From positions 1-40,533 of the forward strand of contig CABMGU010000080.1 in assembly GCA_902385765.1 (NCBI GenBank): DNA of 40,533 nucleotides, read 5' to 3'. Positions within the stretch are counted from its first letter, which is position 1; each line of letters starts with the position of its first letter. The DNA comes from an uncultured archaeon (GTDB lineage: Archaea > Nanobdellota > Nanobdellia > Woesearchaeales > ARS49). Below are positions 30,884-38,600 of this stretch, one piece after another. The notes under the pieces are model-generated. The model searched no databases. It worked only from the letters and a program-made list of their open reading frames with translations, and had not been told where the DNA came from. Position numbers and translations under genes: made by a program.

Positions 30884-31233
30884 AGAGTGTGCGCGTGATT
30901 TTCTCGCCTGAAGCCGGGGAAGTTTATAAGTATCTTAACAGAGAGGCGTCTGATTCCAAAAAAGAGCGTATGATTCTTAAGGCAGTTAATCAAAAAATAG
31001 GATTGATTAAGGCTAATTTTCATTACGGCGATCCTGTTGCAAAAAAGCTTATTCCTGAGGAATATAAAATCAAGTACGATATTTCTAATTTGTTTCGTGT
31101 TGAATTGCCTGATTTTTGGCGTATGCTTTATACTTTGACAGATGGAGATAGCGAAATCGAGATTGTCGCTTTTGTGCTGGATGTTATTGACCACAAAGAG
31201 TATGATAAAAAATTTGGATATAGAGGAGATTGA
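30880..31233 (+). CDS. RelE/ParE-superfamily-like toxin-like protein (intact copy)
   Basis: 117 aa. C-terminal FRVELPDFWRMLYTLTDGDSEIEIVAFVLDVIDHKEYDKKFGY resembles the RelE-fold beta-sheet plus C-terminal H..Y. It is translationally coupled to the upstream wHTH gene. Confidence 0.6.
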   Translation: MKSVRVIFSPEAGEVYKYLNREASDSKKERMILKAVNQKIGLIKANFHYGDPVAKKLIPEEYKIKYDISNLFRVELPDFWRMLYTLTDGDSEIEIVAFVLDVIDHKEYDKKFGYRGD

Positions 31234-31237
31234 ACTT

Positions 31238-31759
31238 ATGACAAGAAAACTTCCAGATTGGCTTGAAAGCATTGAATATTTTGTTGACAGGGCTATTCCG
31301 TTTGTGCTGGTTTTGCTTGCCTTTATGATTGTTGCAGAGTTCACGAAAATTGCCGTTGATTACCAGCAGTATTTTGTTTATCTAGACACGGCAATCATTA
31401 TTTTCTTTATTGCTGATTTATGTTTCAAGTGGTATCACGTTCACGACTTGCTGAAATTCATCAAGTTGTACTGGATTGATTTGATTGCAGTGTTTCCTTT
31501 TTATGCTGTTTTCCGTACTTATTTTGCAGCGTCTGAACTGCTTGCTTCAGGATAATCCGTCCAGCAGGTGCTTCACGAGTCTGTTTTGCTGAAGGAAACA
31601 AAGCTGTTGAAAGGAGCAGAATATCTTAAGTTCACGAAAGAGACAAGATTTGTCGAGGTATTTGCCAGAAGCCTGAGGGTTTTGCGAGCCCGCTGGTATG
31701 TCACCCACTGGCATCTGCATAATGTTTCAAGGGGCTACAGAAAAAAGCACAAAAAATAA
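31238..31759 (+). pseudogene. voltage-sensor-domain-like membrane protein split by in-frame TAA (31553-31555)
   Basis: The upstream part has S1-S3-like helices (AIPFVLVLLAFMIVAEF; YLDTAIIIFFIADLCFKWY; WIDLIAVFPFYAVF). The downstream in-frame part has an S4-like RFVEVFARSLRVLRARW. The 5' part alone (31238-31555) could still be a 105-aa CDS. Confidence 0.45.
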
Positions 31760-32206
31760 TCAGCGTTTCCAGATGACTTGTTTTCCCTTGTGCACTCTTG
31801 ATATTCTGTGCATTGGTATGAACTGCTCGTGCCCTTTTTCATCGATTACAATGTAATCGTGCTCTATTCTTTTTATTTTGCCTGGAAGCAGTTTGTGGTC
31901 GTGCTTGCCGACTTCATCGTAATAATATATCTCGTGGGGCTGTCCCTGCCTTGTCAGGCTTACGACATTGTGGATGAGTTTTTGTATTTTTCTGTATCTT
32001 TGTGAAAAGGGGTCGAATTCTTTGTACATGTATCCTGTTAAAGTGAGGATAAGCAGTCCTACGAAGAAGCAGAAGTACACGTTTTTTAGGAGTGGTGTGA
32101 AGTCTGCTATGCCCCAGATTCCTCTCCAGAAAAGAATGATTCCAGTTGCGTAAAGCAGTGAATACAGGAACTGTATGTCTTCCTCTCTCAGCGTGTAAAA
32201 GCTCAT
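31760..32206 (-). CDS. membrane-anchored DUF504 (MJ1316-like) domain protein
   Basis: N-terminal hydrophobic helices, with a C-terminal ...YYYDEVGKHDHKLLPGKIKRIEHDYIVIDEKGHEQFIPMHRISRVHKGKQVIWKR (IP.HRI....G..IW.R signature). ATGA overlap with deoA. Confidence 0.6.
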   Translation of the reverse strand: MSFYTLREEDIQFLYSLLYATGIILFWRGIWGIADFTPLLKNVYFCFFVGLLILTLTGYMYKEFDPFSQRYRKIQKLIHNVVSLTRQGQPHEIYYYDEVGKHDHKLLPGKIKRIEHDYIVIDEKGHEQFIPMHRISRVHKGKQVIWKR

Positions 32207-33696
32207 TTCATAATCACCCCTCCCATTTTTTTCAGGGCATCGACAGCGTATTTTAGTTTGCGGCTGCTTCTTGCGTATATCGTCAGTACCGGTTCTCCTT
32301 TTTTTACAAAGCAGTTGCAGTGCTGGTGTAAATAAATTCCTGAATCAGGATCTACCGGCGCTCCTGCGAGCCTTGCCACTTTTGCAATCATTTCATTCTC
32401 TATGTTTTTTATTTTTCCTGTTTTCTCGGCGTGCAAGGTGTATGTTTTTTTTGCCGGCTTTAGTGTTTCTGGTGCAGGCATTTTTCCACCCTGCGCTTCC
32501 ACTATTCTGCACATTGCACCATATGCCGCTCCTGTATGCAGTATTTTGTAGGCCATTTGGTATCCTTTTCCTTTTCCTGCTCTGCCAACCATTTCCAGAA
32601 GCATTCCTGACATTTGCAGGCTTTTTTCCACAAGATCCTGTGGCGCGTGCTCGTGGCTCTTTAGTGTGCAGATTACGTCTTTTGCCTCAAGCAGTGGTCC
32701 TATTCCCCTACCCACTGGCTGTCCTCCGTCCGTGATTATTGTCTTGATTTTGATGTTCAGGAAGTGTCCTAATTCTCCAAAGTGCAGTGCGAGGTGTTTT
32801 GCTTGTTTGTGGTTTTTTACTTTTGTTCCTTTGCCTACTGGTATTTCCATCAAGAGGTGTGTTGCTCCCACGCTTGCTTTTTTTGCCATGATGCTGGCCA
32901 GCATTTGTCCTTCTGCGTCAATGCTCAACGGATGCTCAACTCGTATTATCCTGTCGTCTGCTGGAGCTAAATTTACCGCTCCTCCCCAGATGATGAATCC
33001 TCCGACTTCCCTGATTATTTTTTTTAGCTTGTCAACTGGTAAGCTGACCGGGCATAGCACTTCCATCGTGTCTGCTGTTCCCGCAGGCGACGTTATTGCC
33101 CTGCTGCTTGTTTTCGGTACCGTGCATCCTGCTGCAACGAGTATCGGCACGATTATCATTGTTGTTCTGTTGCCTGGTACTCCGCCGATTGAATGCACGT
33201 CCACTATTGGCTTCCTGTCAAATTTCAGTTGTTCTCCTGTTTCTGCCATTGCTTTTGTGAGTTCTGCGATTTCTTTTCTGTTCATTCCTCTCGTGTAGCC
33301 CGCAATTACGAAGCTCGTGAGCTCTATGTCTGTGAGCTTGTTTTCCACGATATCCTGCACAATCGCTTTTATTTCTCTTGACCCTAATTTTTCTCCGTCA
33401 AGTTTTCTTTTGATGTATGCTACGCTTTCCGGCTTGTCTGCTATTTCTATTTCGACTTTGTCGTTGTGTTTTGCGTTTAATGCGTCTAAAACTTCTTCGA
33501 ACAATCCTATGTGTCCTGGCGGTACTGCTTTTTTGCTTTCTGCAATGTCAAGGACTGCTGTTGTTTTTTTGCCGTCTTTTTTCACAATCAGCCTGTCCAT
33601 ATGGTGAAGGTCCAGCTCGTTTGCGTCTTTTTGGTTAAGTAGAACTATTTGTATGTCTCCTGTTGCGATATCCACATCCTTTACTATTAAGTTCAT
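32203..33696 (-). CDS. deoA: AMP phosphorylase (archaeal thymidine-phosphorylase family)
   Basis: 497 aa. An N-terminal extra domain (MNLIVKDVDIATGD...) is followed by a glycosyltransferase-3 core: DVHSIGGVPGNRTTMIIVPILVAAG and KTSSRAITSPAGTADTMEVL. Confidence 0.85.
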   Translation of the reverse strand: MNLIVKDVDIATGDIQIVLLNQKDANELDLHHMDRLIVKKDGKKTTAVLDIAESKKAVPPGHIGLFEEVLDALNAKHNDKVEIEIADKPESVAYIKRKLDGEKLGSREIKAIVQDIVENKLTDIELTSFVIAGYTRGMNRKEIAELTKAMAETGEQLKFDRKPIVDVHSIGGVPGNRTTMIIVPILVAAGCTVPKTSSRAITSPAGTADTMEVLCPVSLPVDKLKKIIREVGGFIIWGGAVNLAPADDRIIRVEHPLSIDAEGQMLASIMAKKASVGATHLLMEIPVGKGTKVKNHKQAKHLALHFGELGHFLNIKIKTIITDGGQPVGRGIGPLLEAKDVICTLKSHEHAPQDLVEKSLQMSGMLLEMVGRAGKGKGYQMAYKILHTGAAYGAMCRIVEAQGGKMPAPETLKPAKKTYTLHAEKTGKIKNIENEMIAKVARLAGAPVDPDSGIYLHQHCNCFVKKGEPVLTIYARSSRKLKYAVDALKKMGGVIMK

Positions 33697-33705
33697 ATCA
33701 AAAAT

Positions 33706-34827
33706 CTACTTCTTGTGAACGTGATTTTTTCTTCCAAGTATACAGGGTTCGTCTTCTTTGACGTGCGGTTTTTTTTCGCGTTCATATATTTGTAGAAGTG
33801 TCTGGAAGAGTGCTAACACTAACGGTCCAAGTATCAGTCCTATGAACCCGAAAGCGAACAATCCGCCTATTATTCCGATGAAAATCAGCATTGGGTGTAC
33901 TTTTGCCCTTCCTGCCACTATGACTGGCTTTATGATGTTGTCGATTGATGATATGATTAGCAGTCCGTAAAAGAACAGTCCTATTCCTTTCCATATCAAT
34001 GCTGTTTCTCCTCCGAGATAACCGCTCACTCCCAGCATCACGCTTGCCGGAAGCCATACGAGCCACGTTCCGACGAAAGGTATTAGCGCGAACAGAGTCA
34101 TAACTGCGCCCCATAGCAGAAATCCTTGTATGCCGAAGAGCCAGAATCCGAATGCTCCCAGCGCTCCCTGTATTAATGCAACTACAAAACTGCCGTAGAT
34201 TACTGCGTATGTTACGTCGCTGAACTGCTTGAATATCTCCTGCTGGTGATGGACTTTTAACGGTGCCACCTGTGTCGCCCTCAGGAGAATCTCTTTTCCA
34301 TCTTTCAGCGCATAGTATGTTGTGAATAGTACCAGCACCAGATTGATGACAATTGATGGCAGGGACAGTAATATGCTGCTAACTTTTTTCGTGATGAAGA
34401 CCAGGATGTCATTTAATCTGTCCATAATGTATTGCTTGATGTTTTGATCGCGCATTAAGCTGTTTACTCCGTTTACTGTCGTGCACAGGAAATTGTTCTC
34501 ATAGCATCTTGTTTCAATTACTTCTCCTGTTGCTATGTGCTGTTTCGCTCTTATGTACAGGTAGCTTGTTTCTGCCGTGATGTTTTTTATCAGAAGGGCG
34601 GACGGTATTGCAACAATCAAAATTATGAGGGTGGCCGTGATGAATGCCGCCAGTCCTTTGTATTTTATTCTTTTTCTCATCCAGTTGTAGAACGGGTAGA
34701 AAAGGTATGCGAGAATCATGCCTGTTATCACGCTTGTGATGAAAGGATAGATTATGATGCTGGCTACTATTGCTGCAACTGCAATCATTCCTAAAAAGAA
34801 ATATTTGCTGGTTCCCTCTTTTAGCAT
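33706..34827 (-). CDS. AI-2E family transporter (PerM/UPF0118)
   Basis: 373 aa and polytopic, with the family-typical ...YYALKDG... and C-terminal IIGGLFAFGFIGLILGPLVLALF. Confidence 0.85.
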   Translation of the reverse strand: MLKEGTSKYFFLGMIAVAAIVASIIIYPFITSVITGMILAYLFYPFYNWMRKRIKYKGLAAFITATLIILIVAIPSALLIKNITAETSYLYIRAKQHIATGEVIETRCYENNFLCTTVNGVNSLMRDQNIKQYIMDRLNDILVFITKKVSSILLSLPSIVINLVLVLFTTYYALKDGKEILLRATQVAPLKVHHQQEIFKQFSDVTYAVIYGSFVVALIQGALGAFGFWLFGIQGFLLWGAVMTLFALIPFVGTWLVWLPASVMLGVSGYLGGETALIWKGIGLFFYGLLIISSIDNIIKPVIVAGRAKVHPMLIFIGIIGGLFAFGFIGLILGPLVLALFQTLLQIYEREKKPHVKEDEPCILGRKNHVHKK

Positions 34828-34873
34828 ATTTTTATTATTGTTGCTTTTTATTTATAAACGTTGTGTTGTGCGC

Positions 34874-34884
34874 AATATTTATAA
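34874..34884 (+). promoter_or_regulatory. TATA-like box about 30 nt upstream of tRNA-Val
   Basis: The element aatatttataa lies at the expected spacing upstream of the tRNA 5' end. Confidence 0.4.
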
Positions 34885-34910
34885 GCCAGTAGATTGCGGG
34901 AATAGTTCAA

Positions 34911-34983
34911 GAGCCCGTGGTCTAGCGGTTATGACGGCTCGTTGACGTCGAGCAAGTCCCCAGTTCGAATCTGGGCGGGCTCA
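34911..34983 (+). tRNA. tRNA-Val(GAC)
   Basis: Acceptor stem gagcccg/cgggctc. D-arm gtct-agcggtta-tgac. Anticodon arm gctcg-ttGACgt-cgagc. 5-nt variable loop. T-arm cccag-ttcgaat-ctggg. Discriminator a. Confidence 0.9.
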
Positions 34984-35044
34984 TTTACTTGTCTTTTAGA
35001 ATCAGTTCTAATAAAAACTAAAATGAAAAATAAAATTTGAAAAA

Positions 35045-35215
35045 TTACTTCTTGAAGCTTAATAACGCTACTATGACTGATAGTGCTCCTACTACAATCT
35101 GTATGTAGGGATATCCGCCTGTCAGGGTTGCCAGCCAGGTGTATAGTCTTGGCACCAGGTGTACTAGTCCGCCAATCAATAGCAGATAAGGTGCATATTT
35201 TTGGATGTCTTTCAT
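35045..35215 (-). CDS. small two-helix membrane protein
   Basis: ATG at 35215 is preceded by ggaggtaataaaa (SD). The protein reads MKDIQKYAPYLLLIGGLVHLVPRLYTWLATLTGGYPYIQIVVGALSVIVALLSFKK. Confidence 0.5.
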   Translation of the reverse strand: MKDIQKYAPYLLLIGGLVHLVPRLYTWLATLTGGYPYIQIVVGALSVIVALLSFKK

Positions 35216-35647
35216 TTTTATTACCTCCACGAATGATATGACCTTATAGGAGAACCGTTGTTATTATTGTTGGGTGTATACTGTACGAATGTACGGCGCC
35301 GAAACCTTTATAAATTCACTATAATTATAGTGTGTTGAGCTGTTAAAGAGGGGGTATTTATTTTAACTAAAAAGGGGGTCATATCTATACAAAAAGTTGG
35401 CATTTTCCTTAGTAGAATTCTCGCTTTCCTATTCATTCCTCGTTTGGTCGCCGCGCTGTTTGGGCTTTGCTCAGGCGCGGCGAACTTTATTATCAGTAGT
35501 ATTTCATATGGGGTCGGGGGGTTGAAAGGCGCTCTAGTTGCTTTTTGTTGCACCCTCAGTGTAACAGCTCACCAGCTGGAGCGCTCTTCCCGGCCTCTTT
35601 TAAACTTCTTAAAAAGAGTGCCTTCTAAAGCCCAGGTTAAGGCGTAT

Positions 35648-38600
35648 ATGCTGTTGGCATTGCTTGTCTTGCTTTGTGCCGGCGTTCTTGTTTTCCTTTC
35701 AGGAAGCCCGGGTCCTACTGGTTTTGCTGCTGCCGGAGTCAATCAGGTTACGATTTACGATGACCAGACTGCTGCTGTTTATCTTGGCAAGTATTTTGCG
35801 AATGCTGAACAGCGCTCCTTCAAGGTTATGTACGCAGTGGATTTGACTGTTGATGTTGAAGGTGCGATGATGTACATCACGCCCAAGACCGGTTTTGAGG
35901 GCAAGGAAACTATTGAGCTCGTGTCTGATGCTGATAAGCAGTCTTTCGTGATTAAGGTGATAAAGAAGGACGTGCCTGAAACTCCTGTAAGTCAGGAACC
36001 TCCTGCTGAAGATATAATTCCGCCTGAAAATATCACGGAACCAGTGAATGAGTCTGAGAGTCAGCCTGAAGAGAATATTACACAGCCGCCTGAAGAACTG
36101 ATTAATGAAACAGAAGCTCCTGAAAAAGCTGAAATCAGGCTCGGTAGCAAGAAGCTCGGCGAAAAGATTGAGGATGAGCCATTGTTTGATGTGAACTTTA
36201 CCGAGACTGTTCTTGGTGATGATGTCTTGACGCTCGTATTTTATCACAACTCAACCAGCAATGAAAGAGTCTATGTTAACACCAGCGCCACCTACGACCT
36301 CAGCACGAATATTGCAGCCCCGTTTGAGAATGTTACGCTTTCAGTAATGCTTGATGACAGCATTGTTCCAGAGTTTGAACTGCACGTCGGCAATTCTTCT
36401 GAGACTTTCAGGTTTGGCAAGAAGATTCCTGGTGTTGATATTGAGGGCAAGAAGATTAAGAAGTGCAAGAATAAGAGCAAGGATGACAGGGAGTGCTTCA
36501 GCATTATTGACCGGGATGATGATTTTGTTGACGTCTTTATCAGCAAGGAGAATGCTTCTGTTTACATAAGGGGTGTTAATTCTACTGATATCAGGGCTTT
36601 GTTCAACTGGATTTCCAGTACTGTTCTTACTACTGAAACTTTCGCTGCAGAGCCGATTGATATGGAAAGCGCAACGATTACCCTGCCAAGGACTGATGAT
36701 GTTACTGCTATTGTTGAGTGCACTGATTTTGATTTAGATTTCAAGAATTGTATGGGTGACTGGGTTGTTACGGGCATTCCATTCAATAAGACTGATAAAA
36801 ATATTACTTTTACTGTAACGCACTTTTCAGGTTATGGTGGCGGAAATATTGCGGTTATTAACGTGCAGAGTTATCCTGCTGTTGGTGACCAGTGGACTGT
36901 CAGGTTTAATACCACAGGCACTGCCAATCTGACGATTACTGCGATTGACGGCACTTCTTGGACTGATTATGCTGATTCGGGTTATGATTTGAAATTCCTG
37001 GAGGTCAAGTGCGGCGATCAGACTTTGAATTACACCTGGATTAACAATTCCGTCTTTATCGAGAATTATTATTGTAATGAGACTGGTTATGAGGTTAGCC
37101 AAGTCATTACTCAGGGCAAACACGCTTTTGAGTTCCGTTTTGGTGATGATGTTGATTACGCGTACAACTGGGCAGCGGAATGGTATAGGTCTGTCTCCAT
37201 CAGCGGTTCTGGCGGCCTGGGTCAAACAGCGCATGCAGTTGCAACTGATTCTTACAACAACGCAATAGTGGTTGGTCAAACTAATTATGGGGGTTTCGCT
37301 GTTAAGTATGATACAAATGGCAACGATTTGTGGAATTTATCCATTAACAACACATATCCTAGTGATGTCGCTGTTGATTCCCAGAATAATTTCATAATGC
37401 CCGCAAATGTTGTAGGCGTGAATAATTTAATTATGAAGTTTAATAGCTCAGGGTCTCAATTATGGAATAAAACAGTTCATTGCTTAAACAGCACCACTTC
37501 CATAGGTTCTGTTGCAGTCGATTCTTCAAGAAATATTATTGTTGGCGGCTCTGAATCACCGAACCGTGCAGGGTATTATTGCACTGTTAAACTTGATGAG
37601 AATGGGACTTATTTATGGAACGCGACTTATACTTCAGGAAATAATAATATTCCTACGAATGGCGTTACTGGCATAGCAACGGATTCTTCTGGCAATGTGA
37701 TAGTGACTGGCTGGCTTTTGAATACTACACTGACTCCTGGCTTAATTACGGACGTTACTTGGCTTACATTCAAATATGATTCTAATGGGAATTATTTGTG
37801 GAACAGAACGTATTTCAATGGTACACATTTTTGTTATGCTAATGCTGTGGCTACTGATACTTCTGGGAATGTTATTGTGGTTGGAAGCGGTGCTTGGACT
37901 ACGAATCTTAATTATTTTATGATTAAGTATGATTCAAGTGGGAATCATCTGTGGAATCAGAGCCTCTCTGATCTGGGCGCGGCATACGGCGTGACAACCG
38001 ATTCTTCAAATAATATTTTTGTTACAGGCGACCACTATGGAACTTCGCAATACATATTAACTTTTAAGTTGAACTCTGGCGGTTCTCAACAGTTTAATCT
38101 CTCTTTTACTGGAAATGCCCCGATTGGTTACGATGTTGCTGTTGATTCGCCTGGCAACATATTTGTTGTTGGAGTCAACGGCAGTGATTTCTTCACGATT
38201 AAATATGCTTCAAACGTCCGTCCAACACAGCTCAAGCCTATCTTGAACTCTACTGACGGCACTAACAGGACTTCTCAGGATTTGACTGTTTACCCGCAGA
38301 ACGCCACAGACCCTGATGGCGGCACACTCACCAATATCACTAACTGGTACAGGAACGGAAGTTCTTATGATGTTTTGAATATGCCGTTTGATTTGAATAG
38401 CACGACCAATGTAAAGGATTATTCTTCGTATCTGAATAATGGAACGGTTACCGGTGCTGTTTGGAATGCTTCAGGTATTTCTGGTGGAGCTTATACTTTT
38501 GATGGTATTAATGATTATATTACTGTGAAAACTGATGCTTCGCTTGACTTTTACAATAAGGTGCCTATGTCAATAGAAATGTGGGTGAACCCGGGCAAGC

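Noticed and set aside
12010-31555. Possible genome-wide reassignment or readthrough of TAA, suggested by two in-frame TAA codons (12010-12012 and 31553-31555).
   Set aside because: TAA is the ordinary terminator of many well-supported genes here, at positions where homologs end. Examples are ileS, vapC, the 3043-3771 ORF and 16895-17176. Local gene decay or sequencing error is the simpler explanation.
34754-34945. 63-aa plus-strand ORF.
   Set aside because: It overlaps the 5' end of the AI-2E permease gene in antisense and runs into tRNA-Val. It has no independent support.
35308-35553. 81-aa minus-strand ORF in the long region upstream of the giant gene.
   Set aside because: It has no promoter or RBS context that I can see and no motifs. 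It spans the GC hairpin, so it is probably a chance ORF.
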